64,000 bases of DNA from Neoconidiobolus thromboides FSU 785. Lineage: Eukaryota > Fungi > Entomophthoromycota. Made by a program: the position numbers and the translations under genes. This document shows, one piece after another, positions 23,867 through 34,424 of this stretch (position 1 is its first letter; each line of letters begins with the position of its first letter). The notes under the pieces were generated by a model that saw nothing but the letters and a program-made list of their open reading frames with translations, was not told the DNA's origin and did no database searches. The stretch is taken from assembly GCA_025603075.1 (NCBI GenBank), contig MU626299.1, positions 62,001 through 126,000 on the forward strand, in the 5' to 3' direction.

Positions 23867-24118
23867 ATTTATTGTTTATTTAAATTATTATTACTTTTTT
23901 TAGGCAACAATAAATTAATTAAGTTTTAAACTGTAATTTTTTATAAAATATGGAGCAGCTTAATTAAAAGCATGCAAAACATTGTTAAGTCCTGCTGGAA
24001 AACCCTGTAAATAAATGATAAAATCCACCTTATCTTACTAATCTTAACATAAATATTTAAAAAAATTCTTCAATACAGCATTGATTTTTTTATTAAACTT
24101 GAAAAACTATTAAACAGC

Positions 24119-25840
24119 TTAATGCCCATAAACTGGTAAAACATACGTTGGTTGATTATCAGGCTTAGTATGATGCTTAGTATGGTGTTTTTTATGCTTA
24201 CGCTTGGATGATGCGGATATGACTTGATCACAATCTTGAGTGCCTGTTGGGGAATTAGAGTCATAATTTGAAGCAGAAGTTGGAGAAGTATCATAATCTG
24301 AAGTGGAAGTAGGATAACTATTATCATTCTCTGGAAGACTGATATTGGGATTATAATTAGGATGAGCAAAGGGGAGGGGCTTAAGAATGGGAAGATTGAT
24401 GATTGGTAATTTGATATTTAAATGAGAAGAAAGATCTGGACGTTTAGCTAAACAGACTGGAGATTTAAATCCAATTTGATTATAAGCGGAAATAACTTGA
24501 GCCAATTTAGATTCTTGTTCACGTACTAAAGTTAATGGGTAATTGTTCATTCTAGCCCAACTTTCAGGCAATGGTTTAGGTAACCTTAATTTATATGGAT
24601 CTTGACGATCATTATAAGTTGGTCCTGTGATAGGGATGTTGTTATAAATTGGAACACCAACTCCGATTGTAATGTTAATATTGAGCTGATTGTATTTGAT
24701 TGGTAAGTAGCTTGGAATAGGAATATAAGAACTATAAGTGGGATAAGATCCATGGCTACTAGTGCTCGATGATGGAGTAGATGAGGCTGATCCGGAAGAT
24801 GAAGAAGTAGAGGTATTTGATCCAGAAGTAGTAGAGGAGCTGCCGCTTGAGCTTGAAGACGATGCGACACTTGAATTTGAGGAAGGTAAAGTAGAAGTAG
24901 GAGTGGCACTTGAACTTGAAGAGGAAGAAGTGGGATTAGGCATTGTATTGTTAACTTGAGGTGGTTTAGTAATATCAACGCCATCTTGGGTATAAGTATA
25001 ACAGAGGGAGTTAATATTCAAGCCCGCAGAAGAAGGAACATTAAAAGGTGCTTGTATGTCATTAAGACCTACATCACGGTTATTTTGATTTTTGCCGCTA
25101 ATAGTATTAGCTAAACTTGGGTTTGCCTGCTGCCAATCATGGTATATTTTATCAATAAAAGCATGATGGAGCCAAAATAATGGATCGTTAGTGCTAGCCA
25201 TTGTTTGCATATCACCACCAACTCCATTATGAACTGAACCGTGTGGTGCGTATTCAATTTGTTGCCTCAATTGATCATAAGTTTTTGAGTTTGTAATAAG
25301 CGATTGGATAGCTTCTGGGGAGTAAAAGGCAGATATTGTTCCATCACCTCCGTTAAACTTACGAGCTAAGCAATGTGGGCTGGCGTTGATATTATAGTCA
25401 TAATAACATTGCCAGTTAGCAAATTGGCCTTTAGTAACACAGTTATTTTGGCCAGTGCCTTCACCACCAAAGTAGTTATCTGAAAGGACACCACTTAACT
25501 CTGGAGCTTGGGAATCATATGACCAGTTCCAATAAGGTAAGGCTACATTTGGATTTACAGCTTGTAATGCTTTCTCAAACTCACGTAAGAACAAGCGATG
25601 CCATACTAAAAAGTTAGCAGTACCATGGTTATTTGGAGCATAAGTTAAATGAGTTTTAACAAAACTGGCATATTTGCTGGGCTGATTACCAGAATTTAAT
25701 GTTCTCACAGCTTGAAAAAATGCTTGGATTTCAGCACTACTTAGCTGTCTTATTTCTTTTCTTTGGTAAACAGTATTACATTGACCATCAATTGAAGCTG
25801 AAAGATAAAGGAATGCGCAGAGGATAGATTTCAAACCCAT
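24119..25840 (-). CDS. Secreted tyrosinase / type-3 copper protein (573 aa) with Ser/Thr linker and long C-terminal region
   Basis: Signal peptide; CuA His residues in KTH...NNHG...FLVWHR; CuB HGSVH...DPLFWLHHAFID; poly-Ser linker; His/Lys-rich end. Confidence 0.95.
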   Translation of the reverse strand: MGLKSILCAFLYLSASIDGQCNTVYQRKEIRQLSSAEIQAFFQAVRTLNSGNQPSKYASFVKTHLTYAPNNHGTANFLVWHRLFLREFEKALQAVNPNVALPYWNWSYDSQAPELSGVLSDNYFGGEGTGQNNCVTKGQFANWQCYYDYNINASPHCLARKFNGGDGTISAFYSPEAIQSLITNSKTYDQLRQQIEYAPHGSVHNGVGGDMQTMASTNDPLFWLHHAFIDKIYHDWQQANPSLANTISGKNQNNRDVGLNDIQAPFNVPSSAGLNINSLCYTYTQDGVDITKPPQVNNTMPNPTSSSSSSSATPTSTLPSSNSSVASSSSSSGSSSTTSGSNTSTSSSSGSASSTPSSSTSSHGSYPTYSSYIPIPSYLPIKYNQLNINITIGVGVPIYNNIPITGPTYNDRQDPYKLRLPKPLPESWARMNNYPLTLVREQESKLAQVISAYNQIGFKSPVCLAKRPDLSSHLNIKLPIINLPILKPLPFAHPNYNPNISLPENDNSYPTSTSDYDTSPTSASNYDSNSPTGTQDCDQVISASSKRKHKKHHTKHHTKPDNQPTYVLPVYGH

Positions 25841-26935
25841 TTTTAATTAGTTTAGTTAATATGGGAAAGTAGTGAATTAAATAAAATTAGGTAGAATAAA
25901 AAGAATTAAGTAAACTAAATCAAAGTAGTCATTAAAACTGTTTGCCTTTCTTATTTATATACAATGGCCTTACTTGTTTTCTATGGATCCTTTGAAACAT
26001 ATTCATTTTCCCCCACGAAATATAGAATTTTGATCTATTTGATATCTCTTAATATAATATTATTAAAATTTCATAAAATTATTTGAGAATGCGCTATTAA
26101 TTGATTGGTTGATGTTTAAACTTTGACTACAAATGATAGTTAAATATGGTTGTAAAATTAATTGGCCAAGATATAGTGGAGAAAACTTTTTGTTTATTAC
26201 TCCCGACTAACCGAAAATGGCCAAAAAGCTATTAACAGTTTACTTTCATTTTATTTCTACTGTTATATCGTTATGCCCTTAAACCGATAATACATTATTA
26301 AAAATAAGGTTTTTTACTTCCTTGACTAAATGCTATTTATCTTCTCCTTTTATATTGCAAGCCAATTTTAATTAATTATTAAAAAGTGCCATTTCTATTT
26401 TTTAAAATTTTTAATACTTGATAATCTCTTTCTATTCTAAATTATTAAAATCATAAAGCTATAGCATATGATTTATTTATCTTTAAAACTATTATGTGTA
26501 TTAATAGCTGTTCTTGATAGCTTGATAGATCACTTTATATCCTATCAATATTCTATCAAGCTTAAAACTATAAATCAATCTAAGTACAGTTAAAACTTTA
26601 ACACATTTTTGAAAAATCCCCTAATAGTTCTTTATTAAAAGCTGGAGGCTTTTATGAATTTAGTTTATTTTTTAATTTGTTTATTATGTTTTAAAGATAT
26701 TTTTTGTTAAACTGTAGTCATAATTGAACTGTTAAAAAGCTAACTGAAAAAAAATACAAAAAGCAATAAAGCTAAAACTTATGCATAGTTTACCATGTAT
26801 AAATAGTTATAATGCCAGGTTTGTATTAAGGTTGTTTAAATGATAAGAATTATTTTTTACCAAACAAAATTGTGATTGACTTTTTACTTTAGTGTAATTT
26901 ATTTATAATTTTAGATCTTAACGGCTGATTTAAGC

Positions 26936-27007
26936 GGTTGCGTAGTGTAATGGCTAGCACCCAAGATTCTGATTCTTGTAATCCGAGTTCGAGCCTCGGC
27001 GTGACCT
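26936..27007 (+). tRNA. tRNA-Gln(CUG)
   Basis: Acceptor stem GGTTGCG/CGTGACC; D-arm with TAATGG; anticodon arm CAAGA-TT-CTG-AT-TCTTG; T-arm CCGAG-TTCGAGC-CTCGG; followed by a T-run terminator. Confidence 0.95.
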
Positions 27008-27787
27008 TTTTATAAGATCATCTTTTAAATGGTAAGTATAGTTAGCCGAATAATTAAAATTAGTAGGGGATACTAAGTAGGTAGTAGTTTTTGCTAAAGT
27101 AATTGAGTTTTATCGAAAAAGTCACTGGTTAAATTTAATTAAATATGAACACTAGCTCCAACCCTAGCCCTAACATTATTATAGTATATAATAGCTGTAT
27201 CCAAATCCCAATCCTAGTTATTTTTTACTTGAAATAAGATTTTATCCAAAATAGAATTTTTTTACAATGAAAAAACTACTGCCTACTCAGTCAGTACCTT
27301 TCATCATAATTTTATTTAAGTTTTATCAATAACAGTTTTCAAAGCCTTTCAAATATATAAAAGTAAACTGTAAATACAGTTACCTATATTCAGGTTCTAA
27401 AAAGATTACATAGATATAGTTTTATCAACGAATTAGCTACATTCGAATACCTAATTTGTATGATAAAACTTAACAAGTGATTTTACGAAATATTTATGTA
27501 AATAAAATCAACATGTCTAGTTATGCAGATTCACAAAACTTTAGAAAAATCATCTTATATTGATCTCAAATGTTTTGTAATATTCTTTCAATCAAAGTAT
27601 GATATAAAGCAACAAATAGTAAAATAATAAAATGATCCATTTAATAACTAAAGCAATAAGAGACCAATCTCGAGCTTTGTTGTGTAAAAACCCTGGATTT
27701 CTTTACTAATAGGAAGCTATTTGGTACATAATTAAACTTCATAAGATGCTATAAAATTTTCGACTATTAAAAATCTAACCAGTTTAT

Positions 27788-28810
27788 TTAACTACTATTT
27801 TGCTGAATCCATTGAGCATAAGTATTTACACGTGCAAATACAGAAGGATAATCTGGATTAAGACATTTTAAGTCCTTAACAAAAGAAGTAACGCCAATAA
27901 TAGTGTTATCAATAACAAGTGGACCTCCAGAGTCACCTTGACAAACAGATGAGCGGCCTTCACGATAACCAGCACACAAATGATGAGACTTAGTTAAACC
28001 TTGATAGGCAGCATTACAAGACTCAAAAGAATATACAGGGAGATTAGCTTCTTGGAGCTTTGAAGCCAATTTTTGTTGATCGTTTGAATCAACCCTTCCC
28101 CAACCTGCAAATTTGGTTGAAGTACCTTCGCGATCACCTGTATTTTGGGTATCAATTTGGTAGAAATTACGTGTACTAACTGGGGCCGCTAATTTCCATA
28201 TCGCAACATCATATTGAATAAAGCCGGCTGAGGTATAACTAGGATGCTTAATGATTTGGCTCACTCTATGTTCGGTGTATGAGCCATCTGGCCCACCTTT
28301 GATCTGCCCTTGGCCTTGGCCTTGTTTTGGCTGCTGCTGTCCTTGTGGAATTTGTGGTTGTTGCTCATGTGGTTGTTGCTCTTGTGGTATCCACGGCATT
28401 TGTGGTTGTTGCTCTTGTGGTATCCATGGCATTTGTGGTTGTTGCTCTTGCGGTATCCATGGAATTTGTGGTTGTTGTCCTTGTGGTGGCCATTGACGCC
28501 TTTGTAGGTTTCCACCGGCATATGCCCACACAGAGACAGAGGCAGGAGAATGTTCGGAACAATGGGCAGCAGTTAAAACAGTGTTAGCATTCAAGAGAGC
28601 ACCACCGCAGGAATGTCCTCCATTAACACGTAATGAAACCAAAGATGGATAGTTTGCCCATGAACCGTCAGAGCCATTGATGATTTTGCTAGATGGAGTG
28701 TCATTCGATTTTGTTGAATTTCTATCGGCTGGTGCTGCTTGTGAAAATGCAGTTAAAGTAGCAATAACAACAACTTCAAGTGTTTTCATCAAAATTTCCT
28801 TCTGTACCAT
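27788..28810 (-). CDS. Secreted S1 (chymotrypsin-fold) serine protease with elastase-like pocket and internal Q/P repeat insertion (340 aa)
   Basis: Signal/propeptide, K|IING activation site, TAAHC, YDVA, CQGDSGGP; pocket residues read S189/V216/S226. Confidence 0.95.
   Translation of the reverse strand: MVQKEILMKTLEVVVIATLTAFSQAAPADRNSTKSNDTPSSKIINGSDGSWANYPSLVSLRVNGGHSCGGALLNANTVLTAAHCSEHSPASVSVWAYAGGNLQRRQWPPQGQQPQIPWIPQEQQPQMPWIPQEQQPQMPWIPQEQQPHEQQPQIPQGQQQPKQGQGQGQIKGGPDGSYTEHRVSQIIKHPSYTSAGFIQYDVAIWKLAAPVSTRNFYQIDTQNTGDREGTSTKFAGWGRVDSNDQQKLASKLQEANLPVYSFESCNAAYQGLTKSHHLCAGYREGRSSVCQGDSGGPLVIDNTIIGVTSFVKDLKCLNPDYPSVFARVNTYAQWIQQNSS
28350..28485. repeat. 33-bp (11-aa) coding tandem repeat PWIPQEQQPQ[MI]
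   Basis: GGTATCCA recurs at 28386, 28419 and 28452. Confidence 0.9.
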
Positions 28811-30005
28811 TTCAATTTAGTATCAAACTTAATTGTTTGATGTTTGCATTTGCTTGGCCTTCTCTTTTATAGTATTTGAGGTCCCGTTTTACTATGATGC
28901 TATGTGTTATTATTTTATGTTTATTAAGAAGCAACATGATTTTTCGTCAGTAGCCCCAGCTCCAATGATGACTACTTAGAAGAATTTTAAAGTTTATAAA
29001 GCAACATTAATGAAATTTAATATAAATCTGGGACTTTTAAAAAAGGAGTAAAATGATAAAGAGAAAAAGATTTAAAAAAAGATGCCAGGGTACCAATAAT
29101 AAATTAACGATACAAACTTCAATTTTTAAAGATAAAATAATAGATTTATAACTTATTTACTGTGTGATTTATTTATACTTTATTAAAATTTATATTAATA
29201 CTGTCTAAATATAAAGGATATTATTCAAATAAGTGAATTTAAACCAAGGTCCGAGGGTTCAACTTTTTTCCGATTCTATTTATTCCAAAGGTAAATTAAG
29301 TATAAATGATAAGCAAAAAGTGATTTCTCTATAAAAAAAATTACTAGTAGAATGTTAGATAAAATAATAACTCACGGGTTTTCATTTTTATTTTTTCCTA
29401 CCTTTTAGTCTTGTAAACTTGCAAGTTCAAACATTGATCAAAAATGGGAAAAAATATAAGTTCATTCAACCTGACTTTCAATATTGGTCGTAGCTTTTTT
29501 GTAGCCCCATATTTTTTAAACCATAGTATATTTGTTCTATAGTTTCATGTAGAGGTTCCAGAGATTATCAAGACAAAGGATATGTAAAAATTAGATTGAA
29601 AACTGAGTACAGTTTTCTAATGTAGCATGAGAAAACCGTAAGTTGTATCTGCTATATTCCAAAGTAAAGTCTTAATAAGAAGCTGCATTTTTGACCTTTG
29701 GTAAAGAGCAACTATTCGATTGAAGCCACTAAACAAATGGACCTAGCTACTCTCTAAAAAAGTGCAATTTTATATGTTTTTTTTAGAACAACAACATAAG
29801 AAGCAGCTCGACCTTTATTTAGAACAGTGGGACTACTATTTAATTCTTCGTCAATTCATTTAAGGATTAAGTGAAATCATAATAATAAAACAAAAATAGT
29901 AGAATTACATTAGCCAATAAATCAGAGCCAATATTCTGAAGCATAAAAATAATGATGATATATAAAATGATTAAGTAGTTAAATAAAGGTGTTTGTTTAT
30001 AAAAG

Positions 30006-30875
30006 ATGTTACAAAAATACAGTAAAATAGCATTTATAGGAGGAGGTAATATGAGCGGAGCGATCGTAGGCGGTCTATTAAAGGCAAAGTATCCGGCTAA
30101 CAAAATAAGTATAAGTGAGCCAAATGAGAACAGAAGGAAGGAATTAGAGACTTTATTTAGTGGAGTAACTATAACTGACAATAATTTGAAAGCAGCAGAC
30201 AACAGTGAAACAATAGTATTAGGAGTAAAGCCTAATATAACAAAAAAAGTATTGACTGAAAATGGGCTCTCAGACTTATTAAATGAACAAAGTAGTATAT
30301 TAGTTTCCTTAGTAGCGGGAGTTAAAGTTGATTCTATGAAAAAATGGTTAACAAATTATGAAAAATTGAAGATTGTTAGATGTATGCCCAATACCCCAGC
30401 TTTAGTAGGGCAAGGGGCTTTAGGTTTTTATTATGAAAATGAAGATCAAGGTTTAAGAAACAAAGTGGAATCGATCATGGGATCAATAGCTGGTGAGGGA
30501 GGTATGGTTTGGGTAACCAGAGAAAACTTGATGGATAGCATAACTGCTATTTCTGGTTCCGGTCCTGCTTACTTTTTTTATATGTTGGAATGTATGGAGA
30601 AAGAAGGTGTACGCCTTGGATTAGAGCCTTTACAAGCCAGAAGACTAGCCACGGTTACTGCGCTAGGTGCTTCTAAAATGGTTCTAAATCAATGCTTCGA
30701 TGGTGAAGTAGATCCTAAAGAATTAAGAAGAAGAGTTACTAGCCCCAATGGTACTACTTATGCTGCAATTCAACAGCTTATTAAAGACGATTTTGAGACT
30801 GTCATTAAAAATACTTTAAATGCATGTAGTGAGAGATCCAAAGAAATTGGCATTGAGATGGAGAATCAAAATTAA
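30006..30875 (+). CDS. PRO3: Pyrroline-5-carboxylate reductase
   Basis: IAFIGGGNM Rossmann motif, VKP, RCMPNTP, TAISGSGPAYFFY, VTSPNGTT. Confidence 0.97.
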   Translation: MLQKYSKIAFIGGGNMSGAIVGGLLKAKYPANKISISEPNENRRKELETLFSGVTITDNNLKAADNSETIVLGVKPNITKKVLTENGLSDLLNEQSSILVSLVAGVKVDSMKKWLTNYEKLKIVRCMPNTPALVGQGALGFYYENEDQGLRNKVESIMGSIAGEGGMVWVTRENLMDSITAISGSGPAYFFYMLECMEKEGVRLGLEPLQARRLATVTALGASKMVLNQCFDGEVDPKELRRRVTSPNGTTYAAIQQLIKDDFETVIKNTLNACSERSKEIGIEMENQN

Positions 30876-31084
30876 CATTATATTTGTAAAGTTCTTTATA
30901 ATAAAAGTCGAATATAATATAAAGTTTATTCCTATTTATTCTTTTAGTTAGCTTTGAAAATAATTCAGGGGGGGTACAATAATTTAATAAAAAGGCTCAA
31001 TTGACAATTTAATATTATGCTTAAATAAGCACCAATAAAATCCATAAACAATAAACAAGAACTTACAAACCTTTTTTTTACTAA

Positions 31085-31633
31085 ATGTTGGAAGATAGCT
31101 CAGCACTCACTAAAGATTCTTATCGTTTAGAAGCTATAAATGAAGTTAATTTATCGAAGTTAAAGCTTTTAAATAGTATCCTATTTCCAATCTCATATTC
31201 GCCTATATTTTATAAAATGGTGTTACTTATAGGGGATTATTCCCGTTTATGTAAGTAAATTTATTTTAATTTAAATATGATTTGACAATTGCTAGGCTTT
31301 TATAAAGACAATTGCGTAGGTGCAATTTGCTGTCGAGTAGACACAAGTGAGTTGGATGACACTTTAGAAGAAGGAGAATGTTCAATCTATTTAATGACGT
31401 TAGGGGTTTTATCGCCTTATCGTAGGCTAGGATTAGGTGGTGCTCTATTAGAATATATACTAGAAAAAACTAAGGATAGTCAGTTTAAAAGGATTTATTT
31501 ACATGTACAAATCAACAACGATGAAGCTATTCAATTTTATTTAAAGTATGGATTTAAGATTTTGGAAAGAGTGGGTAACTATTATAGGAATATTGAGCCT
31601 ACTGATGCATATATTCTTGAATTACAACTGTAG
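31085..31633 (+). CDS. NAA50: N-alpha-acetyltransferase 50-like (167 aa, 2 exons)
   Basis: Exon 1 is 31085-31250 (LNSILFPISY...FY); 45-nt intron 31251-31295; exon 2 has VGAICCR, YLMTLGVLSPYRRLGLG, YLHVQINN, FYLKYGF, YYRNIEPTDAY. Confidence 0.92.
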
Positions 31634-31716
31634 CTGTTTTGTAAGATTCTATTTTATTGTTTAATTAAAAATGTATTTCTTTTGTTTTAATTCTTTATTT
31701 CATTCTTACTGTTTTA

Positions 31717-32025
31717 TTAACCTCCCGATACTGGTGGAATGAATGCCAGAATATCCTTTTCATTGAGTTTTATATGCCCATAATAATATTTCAAAAAGCG
31801 CTCTAGCTCATCTACCTTTATTTCTTGATTAATATCAACTTCCTCAATGTAATTCTGATTGAGAGCTAATTTAACTGAAGGAAATCTAACCATAAAGTAG
31901 TCTTTAAATGCTGGATTTTTGGTAAACAAATGTAAAAGAACCAAGTCTAACTTATCTTCATTTAAGGTTTCTTCATAAGAATCGTATTTTTCTGCAGCTT
32001 CAGCAAAGAATTGAATAGTCACCAT
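31717..32025 (-). CDS. MOCS2A: Molybdopterin synthase sulfur-carrier subunit (MoaD/MOCS2A-like, 102 aa)
   Basis: N-terminal TIQFFA, LALNQNY, and C-terminal FIPPVSGG typical of ThiS/MoaD-type ubiquitin-like carriers. Confidence 0.85.
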   Translation of the reverse strand: MVTIQFFAEAAEKYDSYEETLNEDKLDLVLLHLFTKNPAFKDYFMVRFPSVKLALNQNYIEEVDINQEIKVDELERFLKYYYGHIKLNEKDILAFIPPVSGG

Positions 32026-32116
32026 TGTAAGATACTTAAGTAAAGTAATTAAAAAAGAAGTTCTGCGAAATTTGCAAAATTAAATGACAAAATTCTATAC
32101 AATCCTTTATTTGAGT

Positions 32117-32560
32117 TTAGTTCCTGAATCCAAAATGATTAAATAATGAGCTAAATCCCTCAAAGATTCTATTAATACCACTATTATTCTCAACCAGTTC
32201 ATCAAAATTGCTTAAGGGGGCAATGTAGGAGGCAGGATCATTTTTAGATTTAAAACTCTCCTCAATTTTTTCATTACCATCTGAATCTTTAGTAACTTTC
32301 TTTGTGTGAACGTTACCATCGCTGTCTTTATAGCTTGTCATAGTATAAGAGTAACTAAAATTTTTATTGTTCATCGAATTTAATCCATTTAATGCTGTGT
32401 TTAAGCTTTGAAATGGATTAAATAGAAATGAATCGGTATTGCTTGAAGCAATAACTTGCTCTCTTTCGTCTAAATTTCGCTGTTCTGGTTCATTCAGCAC
32501 ATCAAAAGGGGATTCTTTATTAAGAAATATATCTAATAAACTAACTGGATCAGGATTCAT
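32117..32560 (-). CDS. Hypothetical protein (147 aa), divergently paired with HSP20
   Basis: Intact ATG ORF with coding-like composition; FSYSYTMTSYKDSDG...KDSDGNEKIEE is only weakly reminiscent of MLF/HAX1-like proteins. Confidence 0.75.
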   Translation of the reverse strand: MNPDPVSLLDIFLNKESPFDVLNEPEQRNLDEREQVIASSNTDSFLFNPFQSLNTALNGLNSMNNKNFSYSYTMTSYKDSDGNVHTKKVTKDSDGNEKIEESFKSKNDPASYIAPLSNFDELVENNSGINRIFEGFSSLFNHFGFRN

Positions 32561-33038
32561 ATCTATTAAGCTAAGTATAAATAACTATAGATAAAACAAA
32601 ATTACTTTGAGGCCTTTTACCTTCTCGCTTCATCAAACTATCTCTTGGGGAATTCTAAAATAACATATTTAGAAATAAACATCTCATCTTAATATAATTA
32701 CCTTAGTTGTATTCTCATCGCTTAACAGAATTTCCCTTGGGTTTATATTGTTTGGTTCTTGATTAAAAGTTCTATCATGAGAGTTGAAAATGGTCTCTAC
32801 AATGTTGTTAAAAAAGTGGAAAAATTCGTCGTTGCTATTCATCTTAAAAAAATCATTTTATGATTTAGAAGACGTTGCTTGTTATGCTGAAATGCTTATG
32901 TTTACCCAAAGATATTAGTCAAACTTCGACTATCAATTTATTATCCAATAGAATCTATAATTGTATATATACCTATTTTCATTGGTTTTTTGATATTTCA
33001 ATGAACTCATCGCACAAAATTTTAGTAACCTAAAGTGA

Positions 33039-33053
33039 AGAAACTTCCAGAAA
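33039..33053. promoter_or_regulatory. Perfect three-unit heat-shock element (nGAAnnTTCnnGAAn)
   Basis: AGAAACTTCCAGAAA about 140 nt upstream of the HSP20 ATG. Confidence 0.7.
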
Positions 33054-33191
33054 ATTAACGAGTTGAACAGGAAAAAGTAGTCACTACTATAAACACAAAG
33101 AAAAATGCTAAGGTAGAAAAAAAAAAGTATAAAAGATGAACAATAAAACAATGAAATAATAAGAAAGAACATTAAATCTATAACACAAAAC

Positions 33192-33656
33192 ATGTCTACT
33201 CAATACACTATTACTGATTTATTTGATCAATACTCTCCAGTTGAGCTCCTTATGCTCAGCCATTTGAACCCAGAGCACAAGAAGGGTAATAAAGGGACAC
33301 ATAAACTACAAAACCGCAGCAAAAATATCCAAATAAACTTGATTGAAAATGAAAATGAATTTCAGATCCAAGCTTTGACTCCAGGATATGAGAAAAGCGA
33401 TATTTCAATTGATTATAGCTCTACTAACAATAGCATAATCATTGAAACTAAGGTTAAGGAAGCTATCGACTCGGAAAAAGAAAACAAACCAAAATTCTTG
33501 GTAAAAGAATTCGAGCCTTCGAAACTTCATCGTGAAGTCAAGTTGTCCTCTCCTGTAAATCCAGAAAATATCTCCGCTACCCTTGAGCTTGGTGTCCTTA
33601 AATTAACTGTACCTAAGCAAAATGTTGAAAAAGTTCATCGCATCTCTATTATGTAA
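33192..33656 (+). CDS. Small heat-shock protein (HSP20/alpha-crystallin domain, 154 aa)
   Basis: LIENENEFQIQALTPGYEKSDISI and ENISATLELGVLKLTVPK match the alpha-crystallin domain pattern. Confidence 0.93.
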   Translation: MSTQYTITDLFDQYSPVELLMLSHLNPEHKKGNKGTHKLQNRSKNIQINLIENENEFQIQALTPGYEKSDISIDYSSTNNSIIIETKVKEAIDSEKENKPKFLVKEFEPSKLHREVKLSSPVNPENISATLELGVLKLTVPKQNVEKVHRISIM

Positions 33657-34334
33657 ATAAAGTTTTTTTATCAGCTTAAATTTTTATTCTAATTATTAAA
33701 AATTATCGTCTAACTATGAGTTTACAGATTATTTATAAACAAAAGTAGTAGCCAAATAATAGGAAGTTAATTTGGATAAGATAAGATATAAATATAACAT
33801 GATCGACAAAGATATTAAGTAGCAAAATGAAATTCTGGAAATACTGAGTATTTGTATATTTTATAAGCATAGTAGCGAGAAGTGAACCGATGTAAAAATC
33901 CAATTTATCATAAATACTGGCAAACCCAATATGATAAATTAACACTAATGTTTTTTTGGTTAAAATTATTTTTCTTTAGTTTAAATTAATTATTTTAGAT
34001 AATAAATTAACAATATAACCTATATTTGTTGACTAGTATCATTATCACTTTAAATAAGCTTTATAACGATTGCTACTTTAACTATTAAGTGATAACACCT
34101 ATAATTTGATCTTAGTATAATATGTTCTATAAAATCAAATGACTTTTTACAAAATAAGAAGTTTCAGGTTTATATCACACTTATAGTCTTATATACTTAT
34201 TAGGGAAATTACAACACATTAAGTATAAAATTAAACTATGATTTTACTTCTACAATAGATTTATCATATTCCTAAACCTTAAGTATGATTAAATTGAATA
34301 ATTTATCACTCAAGCAGTGGGAAATTGTATATAT

Positions 34335-34424
34335 GGGGATGTTTTTTATTTAAGAATTTTACTAACAATCTTTCCACTCAAATAATGCTTAAAAATGGAA
34401 AAAGTAATGAAATCAAAAAAACGG
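34335..34424 (-). mobile_element. ~99-bp MITE copy, one end degenerate
   Basis: Reverse match to the consensus. Confidence 0.7.

Noticed and set aside
23625-23903. Recurrent small ORFs encoding FLTSLFFPFFKRYLSGKFVSKILKHKNTSP-like peptides (5264, 23625, 41412, 46516, 46597)
   Set aside because: They are translations of the ~99-bp MITE, not a protein family.
27155-27175. Telomere-like AACCCTAGCCCTAAC
   Set aside because: Only two imperfect units, internal to the sequence; expected by chance.
28285-28507. Protease Q/P insertion as an unspliced intron
   Set aside because: It is GC-rich, open in frame, built of codon-sized repeats, and lacks the GTAAGT/branch/YAG signals and AT-richness of true introns in this window.
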